A stretch of DNA of 64,000 nt from Octopus vulgaris (GCA_951406725.2 OX597830.1:6634001-6698000), one strand, 5' to 3'. Shown: positions 28,584-43,262, counted from the first letter of the stretch. The notes: generated from the letters alone by a model not told the origin. Program-made: numbers and translations.

Positions 28584-29246
28584 CACCTGGGAACAAAAAA
28601 AAATTAACCAGCTCGGGAGTGGGTACTAACAAGTGTATGGAAAACGAATATACAAAAACAATGTGCGTTAACGACCCTGGAGTGCAGAGGGGACTTTCGG
28701 AAAATTCACAAACTCCGATTTTTCCGTCATAACTTCGGGTAAAATGGATATATATTGATTTTTTTATGGAATCCTACGTTTTTGGTTATGGAGGATCCGA
28801 TTCTGAAAAATAATTTTCAGAAACTGCATTTTCAAAATTTCAATCCCAACTACACCCCTTCACTTTTCACTTTTTCCGGAAATTTGTTTGTTTTTTGCGA
28901 AATACGTAGAAAAATATGAATATATACCCTCAGGCCTTCAAGCAGGCTATCCATATGCTAGAAATAAGAGCCAAATCTCACAAAACTGCGATAACATAAT
29001 GAAATGCGATTTCTGAAATGTTTTTTTTTTCAGAATCGGATCCTCAATAACCAAAACCGTGGAATTCCGTAAAAACATAATCAATATATATCTTTTACCG
29101 GAAGTTATGACGGAAAAATCGGATCTTGTAAATTTTCCGAAATTACCCTCCCCGCTCCCGGGTCGTCAGCGCGCATTTTTTTCATATACATTTTCCACAC
29201 ACTTGTTAACACCCCACCCCAGGCTGGTTAATTTTTTTCCCGGGTG
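28584..29246. mobile_element. Foldback/MITE with ~245 bp imperfect terminal inverted repeats
   Basis: 28584-28832 pairs with 29002-29246, e.g. tccgatttttccgtcataacttc/gaagttatgacggaaaaatcgga and gaggatccgattctgaaaaa/tttttcagaatcggatcctc. Confidence 0.8.
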
Positions 29247-30029
29247 AGGGTCATTATATTGATTTCAATTTCTTCATATATTAATCTGTATATTTGTTTA
29301 ATCCTTTACTTTCACCTATGTATTCAGTAACTTCCCCAGCATGAAACTATTTATTAAGTTCTATGCTATGTAATATATCTGGAGCTGTGATTTGTATGGT
29401 ATGTGACTGTTATTTCTAGCATGTTAATTAACCATGCAAAAGCCTCATAGTTACATGGGCGGAATATTTTCTTCAAACATATATGAGGGCAGGAGCAGAA
29501 TTTATGAATCTGACCACGACCCATGATTAATATCTTATTTTATGCAATTCATATATTTGATTGGTTATTTATTTTTTATCTTTGGCTCGTTTCGGTCAAT
29601 AGACTGCGGCCATGCTGGGGCATCACCTTAAAGTATTTTTAGTCTTACTAATCGACCCAAGTTTTTAAAGCCTGCAACTTTTTCTATCGGACCACGAAAC
29701 TATTTATTAATCTAAAAACTGCCTCTATCAAATAATATTTATCTCTCACTAGATGTAGTACTCCTTTGCTGACCTTTTTAATAACGGAACAGTAAACTAC
29801 GTTTTCAGGTATATTTGTATATCTATAATTTTCTCTACTATTAATATTTCGCTCGAAATTGTGTAGTAGTTTTGGTGCCTTATCTAGTAATTTAATTGTT
29901 AACTTTTTTTTAACAGTTTCCTGCGGAGCCAGCGTCAGCCAACGAGGTCCTATGCGGTAGTTTCACTTGCTGGGAATATCTTTTATTTCACACTAGGTTT
30001 TACTTCATTTTTTGTTTGTTTTGTTTTAG

Positions 30030-30205
30030 TTTTAGCGGCATTTCGTCTGTCTTTACGTTCTGAGTTCAAATTCAGCCGAGGTCGACTTTGACTTTCATCC
30101 TTTCGGTGTCGATAAATTAAGTACCAATTGCGTACTGGGGTTGATCTAATCGACTGGCACTCTATCCCGAAATTTCGGGCTTTGTGCCTAGATTAGAAAA
30201 GAATA
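30030..30205 (+). mobile_element. SINE family B, 5'-truncated
   Basis: ttagcggcatttcgtctgtctttacgttctgagttcaaattcagccgaggtcgactttg. Confidence 0.75.
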
Positions 30206-31495
30206 TCCGTATGAAAATAAATCAACGCCAGGATTTGAACCAGGAATCTGGATGGATCTTTGCAACAGAATAAACTCGGATTAGGAGAGTGGAGTAAACG
30301 CTAAGTCACTGAGAGTGTCGATGATCTCCAGATACCGAGGTGGTGCTGAAGAAGGTGCTATGTTATGGCGGTAAGTACAAGGTGATATGTTGTGACCCTG
30401 AGTGTTGTCGGAGTACAGTTTACGTTGCCCAGTTGGAAGGACTAAGGAAGATGACACGTGTTGGCGCGAGCGGTCATTACACTCAGTGTAACATTATTAT
30501 TATTATTACAGTTGTAGGTATTGAACAAATGGATTATCACGATGGTTGTTATAGATAATCTACTTCACCAGCGAGTGTATATTGTCCTTTACACAGGCGG
30601 AGTAGTTCTACAAGGCGACGTCTTACGGCAGTGTTCTTATTGAGGATACAATTTGGAATGCTCGGGTACATAGATTATCAAGGCTACGTGGTTGCAGTTA
30701 AGTGGAAAGAGGGTTAAACCATATAACTTATTATCGCGGTTAGTCACCGTCGGTGAGTAATTTACAAAAACAGTATTATATCTATGGTAATATCACTTAC
30801 GTATTTTCTTTCTGATTTAGAATTATTAGCCTCTCGCGTCGAAAATCTGCGAGAGACGGATCCTTGAAAATATCTTGCATTGCGCACATTATTTATTTAT
30901 ATATTTTGATGGAGAACTCTTAAATGACTAACACATACTTAGATTATTGATAAAATTTCTTTGAAGCGTCAGAAAATAGCAAATCAGTATTGATATAGAA
31001 TTTAAAACAATGGTCTAGAAAACAATATCTAAATTTATGAAGTCAAAAGAGCAAATGGTCGACTAAAATAGACGGCACTTTCTGTTTGGTATATCTTTGA
31101 ATATCTTCCACACACTGAAGCATTTAAAATGAGAGAGAAACATCGACAATGACAAGAGAAGAAAAAATTAATTGAAAACATCTTAATAGAAAATTAGCTG
31201 AAAAGTGTTATTGCAATGAATATTGCTTCACGTGCGTTTCGAAAAGTGTATTCTTCCTTTTCGGTGGAAAGCCATTCTTCATGATGAGCAGAGAAAGATA
31301 TTGTACTGACTAAGGATAAAGTATCTGCCAAGTATCCATCTCTTTGAAAGCAAAAAAAAATGTAAACGCATTTCTTCCACGTTTTGGATACGAGGGAGAA
31401 AAAAAGCGTATTTTCAACTGAACACAAAGACGTAGACGCTTGGGTTCTTAATTCTTATAGAGACAGGAAATATATAAATGTGTATATATCCATAT

Positions 31496-31544
<49 letters not shown>

Positions 31545-31546
<2 letters not shown>

Positions 31547-31820
31547 ACTTGATCACGTGATCGACCATATTATCGGATGTTGTTATACATCGCTGGTTAC
31601 AATGCGCTTTGCATCGTTTTAACTTTCGAATGCTGCCACTCTGCTGCCTAGGCGAGCAGGCAAACATTGCCCCTGGATCAGAAGGTGACTCCGTCGCAAA
31701 GTAACTCACTTGCGGCTGAGAGGATTGGAGAGACGTGAAATGAAGTAACTTGCTCAAGAACACAATGCACTGCCCGATGCGAGTAACGAACCCACGATCT
31801 AGCGATCATGAGTGGAGGAC
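31545..31820 (-). mobile_element. tRNA-derived SINE family C
   Basis: Minus strand has a tRNA-like head followed by tgtgttcttgagcaagttacttc. Confidence 0.55.
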
Positions 31821-32015
31821 CCTGTATATATGCATATACATATATACATTCCCATTCTTTCTTCCTTTCTCTTTCTTTTTTTCTATATAAACCTACATAT
31901 GGATAAAAAAAACAACAATACAAATAAATCCTTCTTTAGATTTGTATAAAAAAAATGAAGAGATTTTCTGGAAATGAAACGAATGAGAGGAAAGCGCGAA
32001 TAAAGAATTATATTC

Positions 32016-32765
32016 TTTGAGTGTCTCAAAAATTTGATATCATTTCGCAATCTAATAACTTTGCCAGTTCTTGTTCAAATGACTTCAAATTTTAACAGCA
32101 AATGTAGAAAGTTTATGTCTAATGTTTGATGTGTTTATCTTTTCAGGTATAGAAATGGCATTCACTGGAAGAGAAAAGGTGTTTTGTGTGTTGGAGTATG
32201 CTCGAACACAGCCAAACGAGACTGTGCAGCGTGCATTTGTGAAAGAGTTCTCTAAAATGTTACCAAAGGCAATGCAGATTTGGACACAGCACAAAATATT
32301 CAAAGAGAAAGGCTGTCTGTGTAGGGTAAAAGGATCTGGATGACATCTAACATCGGAAGATACGGTCGAGTGGGTTCCACAAAGACCTTTGCAAAGCCCC
32401 AAGAAGTCCATGAGAAGAACAAGTGTGGAAACTTAGATTCCCCCAACGACAGTTTGGCGCGTCCTGAGGAAATGCTTGCTAATGAAACCCCACAAGCTGC
32501 ACTGGTTACTGTTACCCAAGACATGCTGCAGCGTGTTTGGGAGGAGCCGGACTATTGACTCAACGCGTGCGCATAGTGACGGTGCGTATATTGAACATTT
32601 GTGAAATCGTTCATGGGATCCACATACCTTTGAATTCCTCATTCGAATTTGATGGAATAAATCTTATATTGCTCAACATTAAGCCTCTTTAGTTTTCTTT
32701 CTTTTGACTATGTAGTTTCTATGATATATACATCTTAAATGATATCAGTTTTTTGAAACAGTCTG
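32016..32765 (+). mobile_element. Internally deleted Tc1/mariner-superfamily transposon
   Basis: TIR-like ends tgtctcaaaaatttgatatcattt / aaatgatatcagttttttgaaacagtctg followed by TA. N-terminal HTH-like peptide MAFTGREKVFCVLEYART..VQRAF...IWTQHKIFKEKGCL and C-terminal TQDMLQRVWEE remain; the catalytic core is missing. Confidence 0.7.
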
Positions 32766-32775
32766 TATATATATA

Positions 32776-33081
32776 TCTTTATATATAAAATTGAAGTTGT
32801 GCTTGTGAGACTCTGTCTCCTCCGATTTAGATTCCTAACTACTCCCACATTTTGCGGTGCAGTTTAACCAAAAGCGGTTATCTTATAGTCGTCATTCATA
32901 TCGAGCCCTTCTGGGTATTAGAGCGCGTCTACAACGAGTCTACGATTTCAAAAAAATTTACCATCATTTTTCCGCATTTTTAATGATTTTTGCTCGGGTT
33001 ATATAAGGGAAGTAACTCTCTAAAAATGCTTATATATTTATTTCCCCTACAAACCCGAGCAACGCCAGGCGATACTGCTAG
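32776..33081 (+). mobile_element. Non-autonomous Helitron
   Basis: 5' A|TCTTTATATATAAAA; 3' GC-rich hairpin cccgagcaacgccaggc followed by CTAG|T; inserted between A and T. Confidence 0.75.
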
Positions 33082-33767
33082 TATAAAATATATATATATA
33101 ATGATAATAGATTGTATAATCCGGAACACTGTCTAATATTAAATGCTGTTTCTTCGTTGTTTATTACGTGCGTTTTTACGAAGCAACAGCTGCTGGATAA
33201 TCCATATCAGGATGTAATTCCAGAACAAATCCATCTGTCTCACAGGAACTGAAGAATTGATGGCGGATGATTCTCAAACCTTGGCTAATTACACCAAGTG
33301 AAGAGGGAAAAGTGAAAACGTAGAAATGACGAATTAATATGCAAACACTTCAAGAATAAAACCATATCGAGAAATGTCTGAGATCATTAAGTGTTATGTA
33401 AATGTATTGTAGAGAAAAATTATTGTACAAGTGAATTATGATGAAACTGTGTCTGAACCTAGGGTTTTACAAGAATGTGACCCTGTGGAGAAAAGTCAGC
33501 TGACAGTCCTTTGCCCACAAGTGTAGGAATCGGGCAGAATTGTCATGGTCTAAAATCTTTGTATGGTTACATAAGATCTGAAAACCGAAAGTTGATCGCT
33601 TATACATACTTATATGTCTCTCTCAGTCACTCAGTCCTCCCTCCATCCCCCCTCCCTCCCCCTCTCTCTCTGTATACACCATGTATATATATATATATAT
33701 ATATATATATGTCATTAATAATCGTCAGTCTGGCATATTCAATTGTGTTTCGCCCTCGGGTTTCGTT

Positions 33768-33817
<50 letters not shown>

Positions 33818-33910
33818 GCACATATATATATATAAACATATTTACACAAACACATGCACACACATATGTATGTATGTATTTATGTATGTATGTATGTATA
33901 GATGGTTAGT

Positions 33911-33991
<81 letters not shown>

Positions 33992-34193
33992 GGATGGATG
34001 GGTGGATGGATGGATGGATGAATATATTCAGTATCTGAATAACAAAATTGAGTTCGATGTCTAAAGGTAGTCCCTGAGTATGTGCGCGTATTGGTTCGGG
34101 AGGGGTGTGCTCCTTTTGCTTCAATGTCTGCGTTTGATATTCATGTCGATACGCACATCAACACACACACATATACGTACACTTACATATATG

Positions 34194-34224
<31 letters not shown>

Positions 34225-34242
34225 ACACATACACACACACAG

Positions 34243-34296
<54 letters not shown>

Positions 34297-34444
34297 CTGT
34301 GTGTGTGTCTGTGTGTATGTGTACGTATGTGCTCATATATATCTATATAAAGATATAAAGATGTGTATAACGTATGTATATGCATGCATAGATATGTATG
34401 TGGGTGTGTTTAAAAGTAAGAACGGTGGGGACACAGATTGCAAA

Positions 34445-34616
34445 GTGAAGAAGAAGAAGAAAAAGAAGAAGAAGAAAAAAAAGAAGAAGAAGAAGAAGAA
34501 GAAGACGAAGAAGAAGAAAAAGAAGAAGAAGACGAAGAAGAAGAAGAAGAAGAAGAAGAAGAAGAAGAAGAAAGAAGAAGAAGAAGAAGAAGAAGAAGAA
34601 GAAGAAGAAGAAGAAG

Positions 34617-34651
<35 letters not shown>

Positions 34652-34660
34652 AGAAGAACG
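34445..34660. repeat. Long (GAA)n tract
   Basis: Directly visible; it is the source of the poly-E/K/R ORFs. Confidence 0.95.
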
Positions 34661-35104
34661 GAAGGATGGCGCGAAAGGTTTGGGGAGACGCGTGTAGTTC
34701 GATTTGTGTAATTAGAAAAGTCTTTTAACATGTATTTGCCGTCGATCTTCCATCTAAGCAGCTCATAACTAGTTACCAAGCAGCCCTATAATTTATATCT
34801 TTTGGTTAAATTAAGCTTCAAGAAAAAAGACACACTCACACGCACACACACACAACAGAGGCACACGTACGCATACATACACGGGCATAAGCAGATATAT
34901 ATGAATGTGCATATAGTCATTCTCGCACACGCTTACGCAAAAATATACAAAATAGATAGCGCATACGATGTACGTATTTCCGTTTCGTGCGTAGATAAAC
35001 ACATGAATATGTATGTATGTATGTATGTAGGTATGTATGTATCTGTCTCCCCATCTATCTCCCTACCCTCATTCTCTCTGTACTCAAACACACAAATATA
35101 TATA

Positions 35105-35161
<57 letters not shown>

Positions 35162-35422
35162 CAACTTATGTATATGAAAGTTTGTTCGCTAAATTAGGCT
35201 CTACTGGAAAATATATATAAGTATACATACATGCAAATACATGTTATATATATAATATTCATATACTCATATATGTTTCTCTTTGTGTATATATGCACGT
35301 ATATGTATATATATATACTCTTACATATGTATACGTATTTATTTGTGTGTATGTATATGTGCATGCATGTTTAAATATATATTTATGTATATGCATGCAT
35401 ACATATTTACATATGCGATATA

Positions 35423-35477
<55 letters not shown>

Positions 35478-35920
35478 GTATGTATGTATGTATGTATGTA
35501 TACTTACACTGGGAGACATAAACACATGCACGTATTATACATACATACGCATGCATACATTCTAATTCGTATTGTAGCGTGAAAATAAACATATAACAGG
35601 AAAAAAAACAAGAAGCAAAAAGCAACCGAAAATACCCAGTATAAACTGGTAGAAGAAAATTAAACAGAACGCTGTCAAAATATGAAAGCATAGAGTAAAA
35701 TCTAATTGATGTACAATTAATCTTGTCACAGCAGTTTGTTATTTAATCCAACTCTCTTTAATTTCATTTTATTTATTGGGTTTTTATTTAGGAAATTTTG
35801 CTGGTTGTGATTGTCGCCCTTGTTCAGATTTGGTTTTGTTTTGTATTTACATCTACAGTTTTTTTCATACGTATATTTACATAGAGTGATTTATGTATGT
35901 ATATATGTAGAGATGAGCAA

Positions 35921-35987
<67 letters not shown>

Positions 35988-36275
35988 TAGCTAGATAGAT
36001 AGATAGATGGATAGATAGATAGATATACATACATACATAGATCAATAAGTAGATATAGATATATAGGTAGATATATATGTGTAAAAATGTGTGCGTGTAT
36101 ATATTCATATATTCGGAAATATATGCATGTATTTGACCAAATATATGCTTATGTATATCGACATCTCTATCTATCTATATATCTATGAATCTGTCTCTCT
36201 GCCTGTCTGTTTGTGTATGTATCTATCTGTGTGTTTGTCTATTTGTTTATCTCTCTCTATATATCTGTGTATTTA

Positions 36276-36372
<97 letters not shown>

Positions 36373-36764
36373 GTAAAGGTGTGTGTATGTATGTACGTAT
36401 GTTTATTTATGCATATTTGATGCCCTTTCTTCTACATTAAACCTTTATTGACACAGATCTGTATGTTGGAATGTGTAGAAATACGGACAAAAATGCAGAG
36501 AAACCAGCAATATTTTTACAGCTTCTTCTCTTCAATTAACTTCGACATGTTCGTACTTTCACATTCAATAAATTTGAGTTGTTGCTGTTGTACAATAAAA
36601 AATATTGCATAACACGAAATGCATTTATATATTTCCAATGAGTTTTGCTTCACAAACTCTTTCGTCATCTCTTTATTGACGTTGTTCTTCTTATTATTAT
36701 TATCATCACCATCATTATCATCATCTTTTTTTATCTTCATCAGTATTATCCTCGTTACGTCAGA

Positions 36765-36950
36765 GACCTGGCAGAATCATTAGCACGCCGGAAAAAATGT
36801 TTACCGTTATCTCGTCCGTCTTCTCATCTCGAGTTCAAATTCCGCCGAGGTCGACTCAGCCTATCGTCCCCTCGGAGTCGATGAAATATTTACCAGCTGA
36901 GCACTGGGGTTGATGTAACCGACTACCCCACCATCCCACCCCAAAATCTT
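36765..36950 (+). mobile_element. SINE family B, diverged
   Basis: ctggcagaatcattagcacgccgg...gagttcaaattccgccgaggtcgac. Confidence 0.7.
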
Positions 36951-37303
36951 GGATGTATACCTGGATGTGTGCTACATGCAATCCTTGTACGTGTAGAAGA
37001 AAAGAATATTATTTTCATCATCATCGTCGTCATCATCATCATCATCATTATCATCATCATCGTCAACATTGTTGTCATCGGTGGTGATGTTGTTATTGTG
37101 GTTGTTATGAAGGCAGCGATTTGGCAGGATATTTGAGCGTTGAACAAAATGCTAAATTTCCTCCGACGACCTTCAAGGGAACTTATGTTTCGTTCGTTCG
37201 GATTGGATTAAAGTAATATAACAGTCAAGGGCTGTAACTTAATGGAAATGACATGGCCACCCCGCTCAAAATTGCTGGCCTTTATAGTTATAACAACAAT
37301 AAC

Positions 37304-37345
<42 letters not shown>

Positions 37346-37856
37346 GATGTGTTACCATTATGCCAACGCGACCCACACATGCGGAAAACCCATTTTCTTC
37401 CCGTCGAGGGCTTATATGCCCCAATATTAGACTATTTTCTTTAGTCAACACACGGTGATTACTTATGAAAATATTATTATCCTTATTCACAGAATTGTAA
37501 AAAAAAAAACGGCACGGCTTATCAAATCATAAGCGCTTATGGCCAAATACCATGGACCCTATCTTCTCTAAATGTTTTAGGTGTTGACTCAATCCCAAAT
37601 AATAGCAGACACCATTTCCCCCTTTGGGAATGTAGTGTGGCGAAGAAAAAGAAAAAAAGACTACGTGGAATGCAATTTGCCAGAAAGTTAATTCAGAAAT
37701 TACAAGGCTGTGGCAGAGAGAGACATCGGCAAGAATTTAAAAAAAGAAAACGAATAGAAACAAAGAATATCGATAAAATATTCCAGCCAAACTCTGGATA
37801 ATGTGGGTTTAATTCTAACAGCAGTTGATATTGTTCTTTATATATGTGTATATGTA

Positions 37857-38670
37857 CAGGGTGCGATGGATAAATTGTCGTCTAAATAACGCGAAAATGA
37901 AGGTAACAGTGATATCTCATTTTAACAGATATATTTAACAAAATTACATAAAAATATCTTGAAATAGTAACGAATAAATTTATTCAAGAGAATTGTCATC
38001 GGCTTCAACCACAGCCTCCAGACGGCTTCAGAATCTCCTGCAACTCTTCTGGACAGTCTCCTTGTTTAAGTGGGTGAATGCTGCAATAATCCTTGCCTTC
38101 AGTTCGTCTTTGGTGTTACAAGGAGTTTCGTTGGTATCTCGCTTAACTGCTCCCCCCACCCACATAATGATCAAGAGGATTGCAGTCTGGGGAGTTAGGT
38201 GACCAGATGTTAGGGGTGATGTTGTCGCAGAAATTGTCTGACAGCCATGACTAAGCTCTCCTGATTGTGTGGCATGGTGCAGAATCTTGTTGCCAGACAC
38301 AGAGTCTTCCATCAGCCACCCTCTTGACCCAAGGCAGCACTACTTCCTCCAGGAACTTGATGTAGGCGTCCGTGTTGAGTCTGAGGCCGTGTGGGGAGAT
38401 TAATGGAGGCATAACGTCACCATCACTAGCGATCACTCGAAACAACATGATGTTGACTGGATGTTTTGATCACTCTAGGAATCTGTCATCAGACTGAGAC
38501 TCAAACATTCTAAAATGGCTGTGTGAATTGCATCATAGTGCTGTTTTTTTTCTCACAGACAGTGCCCAACTGACCCTACCATATTGTGTAGTCGACAAAA
38601 TCAAAAACAAACGATGCGTATGCGCGAAATTGAAAATATGATATGGTGGCAATTTACCCATCGCACCTTG
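37857..38670 (-). mobile_element. Internally deleted DD37D (maT-type) Tc1/mariner transposon
   Basis: 26 bp TIRs cagggtgcgatggataaattgtcgtc / ggtggcaatttacccatcgcaccttg, with TA at 37855-37856. Minus-strand WQQDSAPCHT...SPDCNPLD has 37 residues between the Ds (one is an in-frame stop). Confidence 0.85.
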
Positions 38671-38674
38671 TGAA

Positions 38675-38724
<50 letters not shown>

Positions 38725-38996
38725 TATGAATTCATATACGTATGTACGTGTCTATATAAGTACATATACACACACATATATATATATATACATAATTATA
38801 AATATATACATATTTATACATATTTGTGTGTGTGTGTGTGCACGTATAAGATTCGTGAACATAAATGTCTGACACTGTTAAATATTATTTAGGAGGTTTA
38901 ATGTTCACCTCTAAAACGAAGCAACAAAATACCCGAACAATGCTTCATGGGAAATCCATATGTGAACTGCCTTCCCCCCGATCAAACAATTCAAAA

Positions 38997-39061
<65 letters not shown>

Positions 39062-39994
39062 TGTGTCTGTGTTTGTCCCCCTAGCATTGCTTGACAACCG
39101 ATGCTGGTGAGTTTACGTCCCTGTCACTTAGCGGTTCGGCAAAAGAGACCGATAGCTTCACGTTTGCCACAGAGAAAATTCCACAATGTTTTGCTCCATA
39201 AAACTTTGTTTACGATCTGAATTCAAATGATACATGAACCGAATTTGATTTTTATCCTTCTGGTATGAAGTACAAATCAAGAAGTCTGAGAAACGATAAT
39301 GTTTCCCAATCAGACTTGACGTAGCTGAAGAAAATTAAATATTAAAAGTAATATTCTGAGTTTTATGCAGTAAGTTTGAAAGATAGGTATATACTCCATA
39401 CGTACTCGTTTCAAAACAGGTGTAAAAGCAGACGTGTATTTGATCACTAGAAAAATGCAGTTTCCGGCTACAAAATTTTCTCACAACGCATTGTTCGAAG
39501 CAGGTCTTTAGCAAACGACATACGCCCAAGATTTCATGCAGTGGAACTGGACCCCCAGCCACGTTGCCGCAAAATGAGCATCTTAACTAATTGTGAATTA
39601 GACAAAAGATTAAAAGGGTACAGAAAGAATGAACTATAACAAAGAACAAAAATTTCTAAAGTATAAAGAAGAATCTGACTAATAATTCAGCCTCAGTATA
39701 CCACTGGTATACAGATAGAGCAGATATGAAGGAAATACGAAAGACTATAAAACGAAATATTACTTAAATAAATAGTATAGGAAAAACATTATTAGTAATT
39801 GATATAAAAACAATAAATAAAAGAAATAGTATTAAAAAATATCGTAATAATATGGCTGTATGGCAAGTTTTCTTCCCAACCACAAGGTTCCGGGTTCAGT
39901 CCCGCGGCATATCACCTTCGACGATTATCTTCTACTACATCATCGAGTCCTGTGAGTGGATTTCGTAGATGGAAACTAAAAGAAAACAGTTGTA

Positions 39995-40087
<93 letters not shown>

Positions 40088-40090
<3 letters not shown>

Positions 40091-40475
40091 CGTAGGAGTG
40101 GCTGTGTGGTAAGTAGCTTGCTAACCAACCACATGGTTCCTGGTTCAGTCCCACTTGGGCAAGTGTCTTCTGCTATAGCCCCGGGCCGACCAATGCCTTG
40201 TGAGTGGATTTGGTAGACGGAAACTGAAAGAAGCCTGTAGTATATATGCATATATATATGTGTGTGTGTTTGTGTGTCTGTGTTTGTCCCCCTAGCATTG
40301 CTTGACAACCGATGCTGGTGAGTTTACGTCCCTGTCACTTAGCGGTTCGGCAAAAGAGACCGATAGAATTAGCACTGGGCTTACAAAGAATAAGTCCCGG
40401 GGTCGAGTTGCTCGACTAAAGGCGGTGCTCCAGCATGGCCGCAGTCAAAATGACTGAAACAAGTAAATGAGTAAA
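40088..40475 (+). mobile_element. Full-length SINE family A
   Basis: Near-identical to 17229-17640. Partial copies also occur at ~21133, 29578, 39060, 39853, 41218, 41745 and 61510. Confidence 0.85.
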
Positions 40476-40618
40476 AGTGTAAAAGTGTAGATATTAATAT
40501 TGTTATATTTGGGAATGGTCATTTTGCTAGTTTAACCAGTAAAAACACACGCACTATATATTTGGTGTTATTTTGCTTCAGTGTTAATTATTTTTTACAT
40601 TAATCTTAATCTTATTTC

Positions 40619-40663
40619 GGCCAGAGTTCTTTCGTCACACTCCTGTGGCCGCATCAGTGGTCC
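40619..40663 (-). ncRNA. Hammerhead-like motif with A9C variant and CUC triplet
   Basis: Minus strand reads ggacca-CTGATGC-ggccac-aggagt-gtgac-GAAAG-aa-CTC-tggcc. Confidence 0.5.
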
Positions 40664-40715
40664 TTTGTTTTATGTGTCAATATATGTGACAATTATACGG
40701 TTATTGTCACAAATA

Positions 40716-40759
<44 letters not shown>

Positions 40760-40777
40760 GCGTGTGTGTATAATATG

Positions 40778-40819
<42 letters not shown>

Positions 40820-40854
40820 GAAGGTTTGAAAATGCAATCTTAAAGATGTTTATT

Positions 40855-40898
40855 CACTTGACCGGTTTCACTTTTTTAGAAAAAGTTTGTCAAAAGTA
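40855..40898 (-). ncRNA. Minimal hammerhead motif with U3:A8 covariant core
   Basis: Minus strand reads tactt-TTGACAA-acttttt-cta-aaaaagt-GAAAC-cg-GTC-aagtg. Stem III is palindromic ACCGGT. Confidence 0.6.
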
Positions 40899-41085
40899 AC
40901 ATGTAAAAGCTTTGTTGTGTTAGGTAATGGTTGTCACAAAATATTACAATACATATATACATTCTTTGATAATAATAAGAACATGCTAAAAACAGTTTAC
41001 AAGGGAAAACCTTGGGAAAATATTAAAAATTCATTAAGATATTCGGCACAAAAAATTACAATATTGTAAATGACCATTCCTAAAT

Positions 41086-41212
<127 letters not shown>

Positions 41213-41436
41213 TTTTTATTCTTTCACTTGCTTCAGTCATTTGACTGCGTCCATGCTGGAAAACTGATTTTAGTTGAACAAATGCACACCAGGACTTATT
41301 CTTTGTAAGCCTAGTACTTATTCTATCGGTTTCTTTTGCCGAACTGCTAAGTTACGGGGACGTCAAGCGTTGGTGAGGGGACAAACACAGACACATGCAC
41401 ACACACAAACATATATGTGCGTGTGTGTCTGTGTGT

Positions 41437-41468
<32 letters not shown>

Positions 41469-42428
41469 TTTAACTCCAGTTACAATAAAGACAATTTTAC
41501 ATTAAACTGGAAGGTAACTCATTATTTTGTAGAGTACAAATTTATTATTCTGAGACAAGAGTGTTGTTGAGAGTGACTTCGAAGTTTATGTCAGCTGAGC
41601 CATGACAACAATCTTGTCTGAAAATAATGTGTGTTTGTGTGCGCGTCTGTATGTATTTGTGTGTGTGTTTGTGTGTGTGTATGTATGTATGTATGTATGT
41701 ATGTATGTATGTATGTATGTATCTTCAAGTGTCTGTGCATTTGTCTGCTTTTGTCCCTCGCCAGCGCTTGACCTCCGGTGTTGGTGCATTTACGTCTACA
41801 GGCTTTAAGAATAGTGCATCGGGTTGATTCATTCCATTAAAATATTCTTCAAAGCGTTACTCTAGCATGGCCGCAGATTTAGGATTTAAACAAATAAAAG
41901 ACAAAAGATAAAGGATTAGAAAAGAAGGAGGGGAAGAAAAGGGAGAGGAGGAGAGAAAGGAAATGCATGGCAAAGCAGAGAAGAAGGAAAACTGAAGGAA
42001 GAATAAATGAACGAGGAAAAGGTAAGTAATTTTTAAGATGAACAAAAGAAAAAGAATGAAAGAAATAAAAACAAGTAAACATTACAATGAAAGAAATAAA
42101 GACAAAAATTAAAGAAGAAACGAAAATATCAAAGACTTGGGAAATTGGTTAAATTAGAGATAATGTACAGATGGATATAAACATACACACACATACACAC
42201 ACATAGACACACATACGTAACACACACATATATATGCATGTGTGTGTCAATATGTGAATAATTTGTATTATATACATAATACATAATATATATATATGTG
42301 TGTGTATATATGTGCATGAATGTATGCATGTATATGTACGTATACATGTGTGTGTATTTATACATGCATATGTAAGCACATACACTCATACACACACACA
42401 CACACATATATATATAGAGAGAGAGAGC

Positions 42429-42461
<33 letters not shown>

Positions 42462-42477
42462 TGATAGATATATAGAT

Positions 42478-42558
<81 letters not shown>

Positions 42559-42565
42559 TATAGAT

Positions 42566-42609
<44 letters not shown>

Positions 42610-43262
42610 TGATAGAGGTAGAGAGAGGGAGAAAGATAGATATATAGATAGATATACATAAGTATGTACATACTTATATTCAAACATATGTATGTATGTA
42701 TGTATATTTAACATGATGCTCGACATATAGTGGAATAGAACAGTGAAGTATATATGCATAAAGAAAACGGAGCCAAAGAGAAAGAAATATAAAAAGACCA
42801 AAGAAAGTAAGGGAAAAAATAAAGAGTACAAAAATGAAAAGGAAATAGTTGAGAATATAAGAATGAATTAACAGAGGAATGAACGAATGTAGAAAACGGG
42901 ACAGAAACGAGGGGAAATTTTCTAGCAAGCAACGGAAGAAGAAAAACGCACCAAAAAGGAAAAAGAGCCAAAAAAATTTTTTAAAAATAAAAACAGAGCG
43001 AAAATACTTCAAAGATAAGACGGAAAGAACAAAAAGAACAAGAAGAAAAAAAATAGGAAGAAGAAAAGCAAGAGCTGATACGGGTGCGATGCAATGCGGA
43101 GTATAATTGTGCAGACTTGAATGTGCAGTCGTCGCTGCACGGTCGCTACTTTCAATTAAACAATAAACTTCTCCCTTCTAATTTCGGACTTGTGTCATTC
43201 ACTGTAATGAGACTTCACACAAATCTGGGCTGACAAACTGCACAGCCTTTGTTTCATCTAGA

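Noticed and set aside
30240-30760. Moderately GC-rich unique-looking stretch considered as a host exon
   Set aside because: Only a 72 aa ORF with no motif and no convincing splice context; more likely a decayed repeat.
33735-33775. Minus-strand CTAACGA-aacccgagggc-GAAAC hammerhead-like remnant
   Set aside because: G5 is mutated and there is no clear NUH or stem I; too decayed to call.
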